A DNA stretch of 62,908 nucleotides, filler included, from Globobulimina sp. (GCA_003354225.1; 40 parts of 40 records of this genome joined end to end with filler, not necessarily neighbours in it), one strand, 5' to 3'; shown: positions 11,483-24,388, counted from the first letter of the whole stretch. Numbers and translations: made by a program. Notes: generated by a model from the letters alone, not told the origin.

Positions 11483-11649
11483 TGGTAAAACGACGAAAAC
11501 AAAACATAAAAAATGCAAATTAAAAGTAGTACTCAAAGATAGAGACAAGAAGACAAAACAAAACAAAACAAATCTATTTTCAAAAAACACTGGTATGAGG
11601 GTCTATCGACCCAATTATAGGTGTAATTGGGTATAATTGTACTGTCACC

Positions 11650-12508
11650 AAACCGCCGTTGAGCCCAAATTCCTCTTTTTCTTGCAAATACTTTATCCAA
11701 CAAATAATTGATTCTGCGTTCCATTTATACCATTTTTTCATAACTGTTTCCCATTCCATCTCAAAATATTCTTCCATTTTTTCAATATTCCCCTCATTCA
11801 TATCATCAAACTGTCGATATTCCTTAATCAAACTTGAACAGTTCCTTAATATCGATCTATAGCCTCCAGTCTCAACTCTTTCTAAATTCAATGCATTCAA
11901 CAATTTGCATCGTTGCTGATTTAACGCATTTTCCGCAGTGCAACACAGATTTAATTCTCTCAATTTATCTTTTAATTCATGTTCTAATCTCTGCCTTGTT
12001 TGTCGTGTCGCCTTATATTTACTCAATTTTCCATTAAATTGTTTGGATGAATGTATTACAGTGTCTTCATGTTCAGCCACATAATCCTGTCCATCACATT
12101 TTGTTAATAAGAGCATGAGGTCATTTGTGTTCTATTTTTTCTATCCTCGCACATAAAGGACAAATGAAAAAAATATAACACTTATCGACAAATGACCATG
12201 CTCTTATTAACAAAATGAGAATAAAATATAACATAACTTTTGCTTTAGATTTTTGAGCGGCGACTTCAGAGATAAAATCAGATACAGATTCCATTCTATT
12301 TTGTTGTTGCTGCCATAATGATTTGCATTTAGTATACGATGATAATAATACTGATATTTCCACTGCATCTTTTTCATCATTTATACAAATCGATTGCTTA
12401 AATTCATCATTCATTTGTTGTGTAAATGTAGTCCATTCTATTATTTTTTCTTTGTGTTTGTTAAGTACATTATCCATCTTTTGTTGTTTTTGCATAATGT
12501 GTTGTTGT
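11650..12508 (-). CDS. Coiled-coil hypothetical protein, intron-split (ORFs 12121-12495 and 11580-12116)
   Basis: Two same-strand ORFs separated by AT-rich intron-like DNA. Confidence 0.5.
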
Positions 12509-12814
12509 NNNNNNNNNNNNNNNNNNNNNNNNNNNNNNNNNNNNNNNNNNNNTTAATTAATTAANNNNNNNNNNNNNNNNNNNNNNNNNNNNNNNNNNNN
12601 NNNNNNNNTCTTGTATAAATGTATCGAAGTCTGGCACAATATGATGCGTATAATTATAATATGACAATATAGTTTTAATACGCAATACCAATTTTTGATC
12701 ATATTTAATGTCACATCTCTTAAAAGCAGGGCTCAATATACGTATAAACGTATCGTCACTGTATCAAAAAAGTGAATATATATCAAAGAAATATAAATAT
12801 ACACTGTATCTTAA

Positions 12815-13955
12815 CTATTCTACCATCGGATATTGCTTTGTTAGATCTTCCCAAATATAGGTATACCATTTATAAACTCGCAAGGTATCGCACCAACGCT
12901 GTATCTCTTTAACCGATCGACCACCATATTTGACTCGGAGCCATTCGCCTTCTGCATCTGTAAAAACCGCAACAATCTCACCCGCCAACCACATATTGTT
13001 TGAATGAGAGTAGATTTGACATTTAGATCCAACCACCAATTTTTCGCGATATTTTTTCGTTGCATATACCCGATTAATACCGAGCTCATTCACTAATTTC
13101 CGCACTATAAATTTGCCATTTTCTTGCTTCTGATGGTAATCAAAACAATCACCAAACAAATCGTGATAATAAATACTGGGAATGTCGCAAACTATATTTG
13201 GTTTTTCTAATTCGTATTTCTCGGAACAATATTCGCGTAAAATATTTTTACATTGCTCTGAAGGTTGATACTGTGCCTTTTCATCATTTACAATATCTTC
13301 AAACAATGATATCGCTTCAATGTATACCGATTCATCCATCATTACATTATCATCATTCACAAAATGTATGTTTGTAATTCGCAATTCTCCGCCAAATAAA
13401 ATATAGAATTTCTCCGCTTTGTTGCTCATTATCAGCAACGTAGAGGTATCAAAACATTTTATTTGCTGCGTCCCAGAAGCTTGTAATTCTAATACAATTT
13501 TATCACTGTTTCGAGTGACAGCGGTCTTTCTATTCGATGCCATAATTGGCGCCCAAAAATTGCCCGTAAACGTATTGAATAACATTTGCTTAACACTGTA
13601 ATAAATAGTATCCGTTGGCTGTAATACCCCACCAAATAAATTAATTGTCTCCGTCAATAATTTGAGCCAAATACCATATTCCTGGTATATTTTCTTTAAT
13701 GCCTCACTTGATGTTGCTTCACTAAACAATGTGAATAATTTATGTCGTAACTCGGGAAAATCAACAAATAACAACACTGCCATTATATGATTATGTTCAA
13801 TTGTATGATCAGGTGCGTGTTTCTCGAGTTTTTTCTTTATGTGTTGGGCTTTTTGCATTAATACATCGTACCTTTTACCATCTAATATGTCAATTTTGTC
13901 CACAACTTCCTGTCTTAATTTCTCTTTTTTCGGAGGCTCACTTTCTGCTTTTTTA
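12815..13955 (-). CDS. Eukaryotic hypothetical protein with a C-terminal Tudor/SH3-like barrel; central region possibly a degenerate ADP-ribosyltransferase-like fold
   Basis: VGSKCQIYS..W..GEIV....GEWLRVKY at the C-terminus. The central assignment is weak inference. Confidence 0.55.
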
Positions 13956-13957
13956 GC

Positions 13958-14083
13958 AGTTTCAAACTCTCCTGGGGACAGGAAATGGTAGTCGACGCCT
14001 GGCTTTTCTCCAGTACGTGGCGGCCGTGTAGTCGCAGAAATGCTCGGAATGAGTGCCGAGAAGTCGGTAAGGAGTCGGCGAAG
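13958..14083 (-). CDS. gmk: Guanylate kinase fragment (bacterial-like, GC-rich)
   Basis: Hand translation gives LIPSISATTRPPRTGEKPGVDYHFLSPGEFE, the guanylate kinase signature. Confidence 0.85.
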
Positions 14084-14361
14084 ANNNNNNNNNNNNNNNN
14101 NNNNNNNNNNNNNNNNNNNNNNNNNNNNTTAATTAATTAANNNNNNNNNNNNNNNNNNNNNNNNNNNNNNNNNNNNNNNNNNNNGCTATAATATTGCATT
14201 ATAAATTTATATAATTCTCATTGTATAAATCAATCGTTGTATATATAATTATGATTTAATTTTATTTACTATGTTTTTTTGATTTTGCATGCAGCCCATT
14301 CAAGTGTAGCAAATATAGAATGATTTTGAAGACTCGCAAGAAATGCGCAAGTCCGTTCATT

Positions 14362-15359
14362 TTAAAATTCATTGAACTGAAAATCAGACACATTTGACGC
14401 CAACGACACATCTTTAATTGTGGCTGAACTGCTCATTGAATTTTGCCGATGAATGGGAAATATGGTTTGTTTCTTGACTGTGGTCCTCTGCAATATGCTC
14501 TTATATTTAGCATAAGATATTTTACCAACATATATGGTTATAAGTATACTCAATAAACTTCCAATTAAAGTGGCAATCACCACAACCGACGCCCAATCAT
14601 GGCTGTTATCATGCGTTATTACTCTCGATATTGAATCAATAAAAGCGCCAATAAAGCAATACATGATAATGTCGGGCAGCATCGCGATATGTGCAAATAT
14701 AAAATGTGTCAATCGAACTTTTGTTGTTGCAATGGATAAATTAAATATATTATACGGTGTCCATGGTATTAATCTCATAAATAACAGCAAATGAAAGGAA
14801 TAATTTTCGTTTTTATTTTTCAATGTATTATATATTTGTTCGTATTCCGTGAATCGCCGTAATATATTTTTGATGCAAGTGACATTTTGATATAAATATC
14901 GCGAGTTACAGAATGACTGTGTTGCTCCCAATGAACAGCCAAACCAAACAATAAATATTGCCGTCAATATACCTTTCAAACCTAATAATTTTACAAATAC
15001 GAAGCCGCCAAACATTGTCAATAAAGTTTGTGGGATTAACAGTATAACGCATATATAACAGGTGAGGATATAACCGATTGGCGCAAAGAATAGGCCCTGT
15101 TGTTGGATTAAGTCAATATACGATTGTAGCCAGCCATAAATAGCATTAATATACACAAAAAATAATACAATTAATATGAGTAAAAAGATAGTAGACACTA
15201 TTTGTAACCAATAGAATATTTTTATGCGCTTTGAAGCCGTATTATTAATTGTTGGCGGATTTATATCTGTTCCAATTAATGCATCTGTTGCATCGTAAAA
15301 AATTCTTGGTGTTGATGCCAATGATTGTTTTAATGGGTAAGTTGGTGATAATGAGGCCA
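14362..15359 (-). CDS. TVP38/TMEM64 (DedA/VTT, SNARE-associated) membrane protein; start uncertain
   Basis: LLIPQTLLTMFGGFVF, G.SLGA..SF..SRY, LFMRLIPWTPYNIFN. Confidence 0.9.
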
Positions 15360-16153
15360 TTTCTGATTTACTGACAATGAGGCCATTTCTGATCATGACT
15401 ATGAAGCAGCAAAAATATAGCAGCTCTTTTCGTCTAGTATTCATGTCTGAACGTGTGCAGACTGCGATTGCATTAACCATAGCAGTTTCAACATTAGTAC
15501 TTAGATATTTAGCCATCCGATGTGTGTATATATATTTAACAAAATACAAAAACATCCATAAGTATTATATACTTTGAAGGCTTTGCATCATACAACTTTG
15601 AAGATGATGATTTGATGCCAAACTGTATTCAACACGCTAATCTCAACAAAGCAGCGCTGCNNNNNNNNNNNNNNNNNNNNNNNNNNNNNNNNNNNNNNNN
15701 NNNNTTAATTAATTAANNNNNNNNNNNNNNNNNNNNNNNNNNNNNNNNNNNNNNNNNNNNTGTTGATTTATAATCGCTTCACAACGAAGACATGCAAAAA
15801 AGAGAAACGATGCGTGATTGTGATTTTGGGTGGTGGAAATTGAGTGAGTTCATGTTGATAGTTGATGGTTTTTTGTCGCAAAGAATTGGTGGAACACAGA
15901 CGACACGCAACAAAGAAAAGAAAAGATAGATGTTCCATTAAAACAATAGTAAATTATCTTTTTCTTCACAATTACCAATTATTATTCGTGTGCAAAGTGT
16001 GTTGGGTTTATATATTTATTTGATTTGATTTGTTGTGTTTGTATATTGTTGTGTTTGTATATAATAATAATTGATTTGTTACAAATTAAATTAAATCTAA
16101 AAACGTTTTGTATACTGAACAGAGAACAGATCATTTTCTTTCTTATATAGATA

Positions 16154-16619
16154 AGATGCAATCCAAATTAAAATGTAGATTAAATGTACATTCTGAGAAT
16201 TTGGGCTGAATCTCGCCTAATTCTATGGGGAATAACATAATGTTCCTGATAATTATGCTGGATCTATTGGGATGAAATTAGCGTAAACTTGAGATAGATT
16301 AATGCAATGCTGAATCTTTTCGATATGGGTTGAATGTACATTCAACCAGATTCAACTACATTCATCCATTGAATGTCTATGAATCTTTTTACTGTGTTTG
16401 AATGTATTTGAATGTACATTCATGATATTACTAAAAGATTAATTATCGCATAATCGATCTCGAATCCACAAAAACCTCATGTCATTACATCCAGAATGAT
16501 TCCTAACTGCATTGCGTTATTTCCCATAGATTAACGGAGATTCAACATGATTTTATGGAAGATTCATCCCAAATTCTCAGAATGTACATTTAATCTACAT
16601 TTTAATTTGGATTGCATCT
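16154..16619. mobile_element. MITE (466 bp) with ~60-bp TIRs and TA target-site duplication
   Basis: AGATGCAATCCAAATTAAAATGTAGATTAAATGTACATTCTGAGAATTTGGG.. and its reverse complement; TA at 16152-16153 and 16620-16621. Confidence 0.9.
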
Positions 16620-17236
16620 TATACGCATCATTCAAAGATTCTGTTTTACAGATCAATAGAAGCACAATCATAGCAGCGATGTGTCTATTTTGTGTGCAAT
16701 TAATTGTGTTGACCTGGTGGATAATACTCATTATAATGAATGTAAGACAGCACCAATCAGACAGTTACAACACACAGTTATATATGATCGTGTTTTGTTT
16801 GATATTGTTCGACTTATGTTTGTCTTATATGGTGGTTGGCTTATTCATTAATAAATTATTTCGTTTTTTATTATTTAAAGATAGATCTGGTTTCTTGCGC
16901 AGAGCAGAAAATAAATTGATGTCACAACGTGGCCTGGTGGCTGATGACAGCGATCAACACAGCGATCAACACAGCGATCAACACAGCGATGATGATGAAA
17001 AGAAGCACGATATCGATGAGCCATTTGCTATGACAAAAACGTATTCGTTTGTATTGGACATTGTAGCCGCAGGCATTGACGACACCGATATGCAAACATT
17101 AGATTTAATCACAAAAGAATTTATATTATCCATGTTATGTATGGTTACCACACAATTTGTGTATGTCACATTGATAATTTTATTGACTGCGAAAGACACG
17201 CAATATATCAATGAACATTACATGGCAATATATTGG
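16620..17236 (+). CDS. Multi-pass (7TM-like) membrane protein exon, disrupted at its 5' edge by the MITE
   Basis: Several hydrophobic helices; similar layout to ORFs 34854-35723 and 51109-51801; 12-bp SDQH repeat x3. Confidence 0.65.
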
Positions 17237-17336
17237 NNNNNNNNNNNNNNNNNNNNNNNNNNNNNNNNNNNNNNNNNNNNTTAATTAATTAANNNNNNNN
17301 NNNNNNNNNNNNNNNNNNNNNNNNNNNNNNNNNNNN

Positions 17337-17639
17337 GCTTTCCTTGCAATTTTCGCATCGCTTTTTTAAACTTCTTTGCTTCCATCACACCCAATTTCAA
17401 ATCGTCTCTAAGGAACTCGCTGTACGTCACACAAAAGCAAACCACAAATATATATGCAACAAATATACATTATCATTTAACTGCAATTCCTCATCATTTA
17501 ATTCAAGAAAATCTTGCAATGCTAATTCTTGTTGCATGAACCTGTCGTTTTTAAATAACGATGATAATTTATTCTCTACCAACCATGTGGTTAATTGCGA
17601 CTCACCACTTCCTTCTGCCGTATCTGCCACAGCTGACAT
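17337..17639 (-). CDS. SAM-domain-like protein N-terminus (intron-split)
   Basis: LTTWLVENKL..LQDFLELNDEELQ, then after an intron-like gap EFLRDDLKLGVMEAKKFKKAMRKL. Confidence 0.55.
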
Positions 17640-17672
17640 GATAGTAAAAGTAAAGCAGTCGACCTGAGTCTA

Positions 17673-18491
17673 ATGATGCTCGACGCAAAAAACGCCAAAC
17701 GCTGGACAGGCCCCTGGTGTTTCTTTATCGTATCACTCGTTATCGTCTCGTATCAGTATTACTCGAGCTCGGTATTGAATGCTTCAACTGATCACAAATG
17801 GAATGCTTTAGGGAAACCTGAGAATATTTCCTGCGGCGAACCACGCCCTCTCATTTTCATCCACATTCAAAAAACTGGTGGTGCCTCGGTTATGCGGTTC
17901 ATGAGATCTCATGATTTGTGGCACAACAAACACCCAAAACATTTTGCTGCAGAGACAGCGGCTTCCTTTTATTCTGCGCAAGAATGGAGTGAATCTTTTA
18001 AATTTGCATTTGTCCGCAATCCGTGGGACCGAACACTTTCTTGGTATTCAATGTGGATCGGAGCTAATCAAGGAAGGGGAGGGGGAGTTCCTGAGATATT
18101 GCAACATTGCAATTGTTCCATTCAATGCTCATTTCATCATTTTGTGACTCAATGTCAAGAGACTGCTGTTTATGACAAACCGATGGCGAAAGCTAAGGGC
18201 ATAAAAGGCAAACAAGGCATTGCGAGAAGTCAGTTGGAATATTTTGTGAGTATGAATTCCTCCGATCAAATGTTGCTAGATTTTGTGGGTAAAATGGAAA
18301 ACATAATGGTTGATTTGGAGACAGTGCTAAAAAGATCATGTAATTATTATGATGGAATATTAGACTCATTGGGGCATGTTCGGCATGGATCGAATCACTC
18401 CGATTATCACAACTATTATGACCATGAAACGCAAGCATTGATCGCGCAGTGGTTTGCTGCGGATATTAAAATGTTTAATTATTCATATTAA
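17673..18491 (+). CDS. Golgi-type sulfotransferase (Sulfotransfer_2 family)
   Basis: N-terminal TM anchor; 5'-PSB FIHIQKTGGAS; 3'-PB FVRNPWDRTLSWY; DFVGKME. Confidence 0.9.
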   Translation: MMLDAKNAKRWTGPWCFFIVSLVIVSYQYYSSSVLNASTDHKWNALGKPENISCGEPRPLIFIHIQKTGGASVMRFMRSHDLWHNKHPKHFAAETAASFYSAQEWSESFKFAFVRNPWDRTLSWYSMWIGANQGRGGGVPEILQHCNCSIQCSFHHFVTQCQETAVYDKPMAKAKGIKGKQGIARSQLEYFVSMNSSDQMLLDFVGKMENIMVDLETVLKRSCNYYDGILDSLGHVRHGSNHSDYHNYYDHETQALIAQWFAADIKMFNYSY

Positions 18492-18912
18492 TGTCAAAAG
18501 TGTTTTTCATATTATTTTTTTACAAATATTTTTATTTTTATTTTTTTCTGTCTTTTTTTTTTTGTCAAAGTTCCCCAAATAATGCATTGCTTTCACTGTC
18601 ATTATTTTGAACGGAACCACATCATTAAATTTTGATATTTCTTGTTGAGATCAGCGGTCCTTGCACTGAACTCAAAATCTATTTCATCTAAAATTTTTCT
18701 CACATGGCACTAGCGTCAAATAATCGAAACCTACTTTGTGTGATTTTTAGCATTGTTGTATATCTGGTCTACGTAACACGTTCCATTGGCATTAAAGAAG
18801 ATGAAGTGATGCNNNNNNNNNNNNNNNNNNNNNNNNNNNNNNNNNNNNNNNNNNNNTTAATTAATTAANNNNNNNNNNNNNNNNNNNNNNNNNNNNNNNN
18901 NNNNNNNNNNNN

Positions 18913-20388
18913 GCGAGCTTCCTCAACAAATTTGACAATAAATCGCGGATGCTGGCCCAACTTGATTTCAATCACGACTTTATCTCATTGGCTGACAAAA
19001 TACGAGTCTTGAAAACCTTTTACTTAGTTTACACTGAGATTTTTGCGCAAGTCCTGGACAGCACCACCATAAACCTCAAAGCTGTAACAGACAAACAGAT
19101 CGAAGCGATTGCCCGCAACACTGGCATAAAACACTTCATATTCGAACAATTCTCGATTTTTGCCGGAGTGCCCTCCCCGGCGGAACGCTGGATTGTCCTC
19201 AAACTAGCTTTCTTTTGGAAACTGTGCAAAGGAGCGCCGATCTCCTATATGCACATTTGGAACAACCCCATAAACTGCACAAAATACACACTATTCAAAC
19301 AATACGTGGCGATGCGATCAAAATGGCTGCCGCCAGAAATCAAAATAATCGATGATGAGCCACAGACAATAGACATATTCAACACAGTAGAAGGCCCTTC
19401 GGAATTGCGACCGATCATTGTCAAGAAGCTACATCAAACTGTTGTTGGCACGTTCAATTATTACCATCCATTCAAAATCCTAGCACACCATCTCCCCGAT
19501 TACAAGCCAATGAACACATACGAATCAACCGACCTTGACAATGAAGTTACGGATTTAATGGTACAGCAATATCTTGAATTATTCTATTTCTTCCACCAAA
19601 AACCGGATTACTGCTCACTTTGCAGAGCCAGAACGACAATGCCCTTAGAGGCTCACCTTTGCGCCTACTGCCCTGTCCTCAATCGGTTCAGAATTACTTA
19701 CTGGAACTTTGCCCGTTTTGCATTGGCAGATGCTTTCTAACACGGTGAAAGGACTGAGGGATCTCCTCCAGATTTGCGAGCAACATAGCAGGCGTTGGGC
19801 GTATACATTCAATGCGGCAAAATGCAAAACAATCATATTTAATGATACGTCAATCACCACCAATAATACGCACCATTATACTGCCACACAGAAAGCAATT
19901 CTTACCAATGAGTATTATCAGAAAATACACAAAGTCACCACCCAAAATCCCCCAATGGTCTTGATACAGCCTCTGAGAAATGAGAGAACAATGGCCATTG
20001 ATTGTGATGGCCACATTGATACCTACGACAATAGCAACATTCCGGACAGCTTCTTGAGTGGCTTCAAAGACCACTGCACCTATTATAAACACAAAATTTC
20101 TAATAAACCGTACCACCTGCTCTGGGACAACATCATCTTAGATCATAATTGGGCCATCTCGAAAATGCACCACCTATGTCGCATGAATGGCGCACCCCTG
20201 AAATTGGTGACTCACCTCCGTTACCTGGGAGCACATTTGTGTTCCTACAATGACAGCAACCTCACAAACGCGAGCTTCCTCAACAAATTTGACAATAAAT
20301 CGCGGATGCTGGCCCAACTTGATTTCAATCACGACTTTATCTCATTGGCTGACAAAATACGAGTCTTGAAAACCTTTTACTTAGTTTA
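18913..20388 (+). mobile_element. Non-LTR retrotransposon ORF2 C-terminal half (RT domains 6-7, thumb, CCHC knuckle) on a circular contig
   Basis: LRDLLQICEQ..W..TFNAAKCK and LRYLG (RT), CSLC..E..AHL..YCP; exact 119-bp terminal repeat 18913-19031 = 20270-20388. Confidence 0.85.
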
Positions 20389-20488
20389 NNNNNNNNNNNN
20401 NNNNNNNNNNNNNNNNNNNNNNNNNNNNNNNNTTAATTAATTAANNNNNNNNNNNNNNNNNNNNNNNNNNNNNNNNNNNNNNNNNNNN

Positions 20489-21828
20489 TTATTAGCCTTT
20501 GCTGCCAGCAGCAGTTTAAAATCAACGACTATGGCAACACCGAGTGCCTAAGTATTCCCATTGGGTCGAAGGAGTACGTCTTAGGCCAAGTGCGTAAGAA
20601 AGTTGCTGATCTGAAACGGAGCATAGCGCGCGTTGCTACATTGCAAATCGCGCAGATTCAGTACCTTATTATGAGACAATACATTAACATCTCACGGATG
20701 GTTTATTGGTTCAGTGCGATCCCGCCCGACATCACTATTGATATCGCGCGCATTTATGACACCCAATTACGCCAAATTGTATCTCTCATGGCAGGATTTA
20801 TCTTGTCCGACGATGAATTTGTTCAATGTGGACTTTCGATAAAGAAGACAGGATTTGGATTACGCACCGCAACCAACAAACTAAGCGCTATCTACCTCCC
20901 AGCTCTATTCGCATCGAAAGAAATCGCAAAGACATTAGTTTCAGAAGATATTTATAATGCATTCCAGCCAACGATAAATCAACGGATTGCGTATAGCAAA
21001 TCCCTTTATAATGCGAGCGTATCGCAACGTTATAAAATTGAGCAATTCATTGTGGCACAACACACCACGAAGTGTATGATCAACGCCATTCAAACGCGGG
21101 TATTGAACAGATTTATTAGTACCAAGTCCGGGGCACATAAAGCGGCTTTACTGTCGCAAGGAACTCGGAACGCGAATTCATGGCTCAACGCCCCTATGAT
21201 ACCTGGGTATGGTTTGGTATTAAGCAACCCAGAATTTAGGGTCTTATTTAAACGCAAAATACGGCATGATTTGGTGATTAGTAACGGGAATTGCCTCGCA
21301 TGTAACGAGTTGGTCGCATGTAACGAGTTGGTCGTACACGGCGTCTCAACATTGCTTAAGTCCGCAGATATAACACATGTTATTGAGCGGCGGCACTTAT
21401 TCGACGCAAACAACATGAAACCAGCCGATATCTATATCAATAATTGGGGACCCAATTCGGAGTCCGTCGCTTTGGATGTGGGTGTTTGCTCAGTTGTATG
21501 TAGTTCGAGGGTTCAGGCGGCGGCCAACAAGAAATTGTCAGCCGCGAATTGTTTTTATAATCATAAACATAACAAATATAAAAATTACATCAATAACAAT
21601 GTGATTGATGGCCTAATTTATCAGCCATTGATTATGGAAGATTACGGAGGATTTCAACGTGATTTTGTCAAATTTTTAAAACGAGTCGGCATTCTGAGAG
21701 CAGCAAATATGAATATCGAAGAATCCGCATCCATTGGGTATTGTTTTGAATTTATTTCATCGCGATTACAAAAAGCAAACGCAGTATCATTATTACATCA
21801 TTATTCTATTTACAATAAATGCGAATGA
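20489..21828 (+). mobile_element. RLE-type (CRE-like) non-LTR retrotransposon, C-terminal region
   Basis: LSIKKTGFGLR, SWLNAP, KPADIYI..ALDVGV..K..KY..PLIMEDYGGF (PD-D endonuclease). Confidence 0.85.
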
Positions 21829-22543
21829 AGTGAGCAGCAAAGAATTGTAGTCAATCTCTATGTGTGCACGACAAATCTTCTGGATATATCTATCCAGTGC
21901 TCTACTTGAGCTAGGCGACAGTTTTAATGTCAATATCATCCATAAATCGTATTTAGATGCGTTGNNNNNNNNNNNNNNNNNNNNNNNNNNNNNNNNNNNN
22001 NNNNNNNNTTAATTAATTAANNNNNNNNNNNNNNNNNNNNNNNNNNNNNNNNNNNNNNNNNNNNCAAAGCATGAACACAACGCACATTTATCTTCCGTTC
22101 TAGAATGGCATCAAAATGAGCGCTTCCTGCCCAGGCATTTCTAACAAACTTTGCATCATTTGACTGAAAAAGAAAGGAACATACATAAACATTTATGCCG
22201 CGGAACAAAATGTTGAATAACATTCCACTGCCACATCAGGTCCAAAACTGCTTGACTAACTTGTGTACTGGATTACGACAACACTGTTCTTCTCTTGTAA
22301 ATGGGTCGACTAATAAAAGGGCTGCTAAAATAGAAAATCATGCAACATTTAACTGACAAACAAAAGGACAATAACACAAAGCGAATCACGAATTACAAAG
22401 AACACATAATTGCTGACGATCTGAAATTGCATTATCTTCTTTCCACAGTTGTTGATAATAAACAGTAAAACCTTTCAAACGAGCAGTAACATAACATTGA
22501 TCCAAATACTGATACAATTAATGTTACTCAATGAGTCGAATGT

Positions 22544-23458
22544 CTATGCGGTAACTGAGCTCTTCCTCCTTCCTACTTCTTCAACCATATGGATATGATA
22601 ATTAGCAACCATCTGTTCCAAAGGGTCCATAAACCGATCTACTTTACCAACACCAAAATAGTACCCCAATGTTAACCAGGCATCCTGATGTCCAGCGTCA
22701 GTTACTAATGGATCGAAAAATCTGACAGCAGCCACTAAAATCCCATTTGCTATTCCAAATGCCTTATCCCTGGAGAATGGTCCAAAAGGCACATCACAGA
22801 TTAACACACCAATAGATGGAGGAATACAACCAGGAATAACAGCTTCCTTTATCAATGCGGATAGGTTGAACTCTGGTATAACATGTTCTTTATAATCAAC
22901 TGGCTGTACATACTGATGACGTCGTATCAAGTCCATAAATGCATTTCCATCCATTGGTTTTAGTCGCTGCTGTTGATGGTTAACAGTCTCAGTTACAACA
23001 TCACTAGCCGGTAAATCATTCTGATGTTCTTTAACATTATTTACATCCTTTTGTACATTATCACAGTAAAGACCTTTATCATTATTATGCCCAGCATTCC
23101 AAACATTAATACACTCAATCAAATTATCAAACACATTATTACTATTTACAATTACATTATTATTATCACAACTTTCTCTCATTTGCTGTTCATTAACATT
23201 CTGTTGTCTTCGTACGTCACAGGAAACACTGTTTTGGTTACTGTCCGATCCATAAGCTGAGTCTTCACCTTCCACATTATTATCAATTCTTAACAATGGT
23301 ATCTTTAATTGCAATATTTCTGGATGGACTATTTCAGATATTCCTTCCTCCCCTTCTTGTTCAAGTCCAAAGCCCATACCATCCGGTTGATCTTTTACAC
23401 AGTCAGGCCACATTTCAGCTACTGGATCAACAACTCCATTGAAAACTTCAGGCATCAC
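22544..23458 (-). CDS. Hypothetical protein
   Basis: 304-aa ORF, no recognisable family. Confidence 0.45.
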   Translation of the reverse strand: MMPEVFNGVVDPVAEMWPDCVKDQPDGMGFGLEQEGEEGISEIVHPEILQLKIPLLRIDNNVEGEDSAYGSDSNQNSVSCDVRRQQNVNEQQMRESCDNNNVIVNSNNVFDNLIECINVWNAGHNNDKGLYCDNVQKDVNNVKEHQNDLPASDVVTETVNHQQQRLKPMDGNAFMDLIRRHQYVQPVDYKEHVIPEFNLSALIKEAVIPGCIPPSIGVLICDVPFGPFSRDKAFGIANGILVAAVRFFDPLVTDAGHQDAWLTLGYYFGVGKVDRFMDPLEQMVANYHIHMVEEVGRRKSSVTA

Positions 23459-23640
23459 ACATTCAGGAGCCTCAGAATCAATATTAAAGTCCAGATCTGT
23501 ACTATATTAGGGGAATACCATAACTTGATATGATTAACATNNNNNNNNNNNNNNNNNNNNNNNNNNNNNNNNNNNNNNNNNNNNTTAATTAATTAANNNN
23601 NNNNNNNNNNNNNNNNNNNNNNNNNNNNNNNNNNNNNNNN

Positions 23641-24388
23641 AGTAGCCCATCGATTTTCTGCGAGACACCTTTTTGTAATCATCCATTACCCTGTTTACGC
23701 TCTTTATCAACGACCACTTCTTTAATGCTAACTTGCTACCAATCTCTTTCAAGGAAGGCATTCTTTGTTTCAATTGGTGCCACCCTGAAAACCTTTTATT
23801 TTTATGCAGATCGGTCCGCAAATCGATATTTTCTCGCTCCCCAATAACGCGCTGAATCTCCGCATAGTTGTCTTTGTCGCCAAATTCCAAGCTTTCAATG
23901 TCTTTGATGTTCTCCTCCAATGACTGCCCGCTAACTTTACCTACAAACCACGCAAATGAACGGTTGAATTTATATCCTTTCGTGTCGCGATAATCATTTT
24001 TTTTGTTTTTTACGTCGACGGTTTCTGAGTTACTTTCGGAGTCAGACAATAATTTATTATTATTCTCGGAGTCACTGATCATTTTGTTTGTTTTTTGCGG
24101 TTTAAAGTCGACGAAATCAGAGAGATATCGCCCTCCATATTGAATAAATTCACTTTTCGGGTTTTCTTCCGGTATAAGCGTATAAGGATTGATTTTTTTG
24201 TTTGCATCTCTTGGTTTCAATGTATTGGTCTCTGTGTCGCGAATTGCATTTATTTTCGCATCCATTCTCATTCTGTGCTCTTTGCGTTTGACTTCCGAGA
24301 AAATTATGTTTCCATTGTCGTGGTCAAAGGCGTCCCAATACAGACGCGTTGAATATGTGTCAAACCAAAATTGTACGGAGTCCGCCAT
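23641..24388 (-). CDS. Hypothetical protein (3' truncated)
   Basis: Open ORF with protein-like composition. Confidence 0.5.

Noticed and set aside
11272-11636. Repetitive ORFs (FSETFF / MFLKNV)
   Set aside because: Translations of the minisatellite.
18913-20388. Retron, DGR or group II intron RT
   Set aside because: Thumb plus C-terminal CCHC pattern is that of eukaryotic non-LTR ORF2; no template repeat or msr/msd structure was seen.
18913-21828. Two neighbouring retroelement contigs as one element
   Set aside because: Separated by a spacer, and they belong to different non-LTR types.
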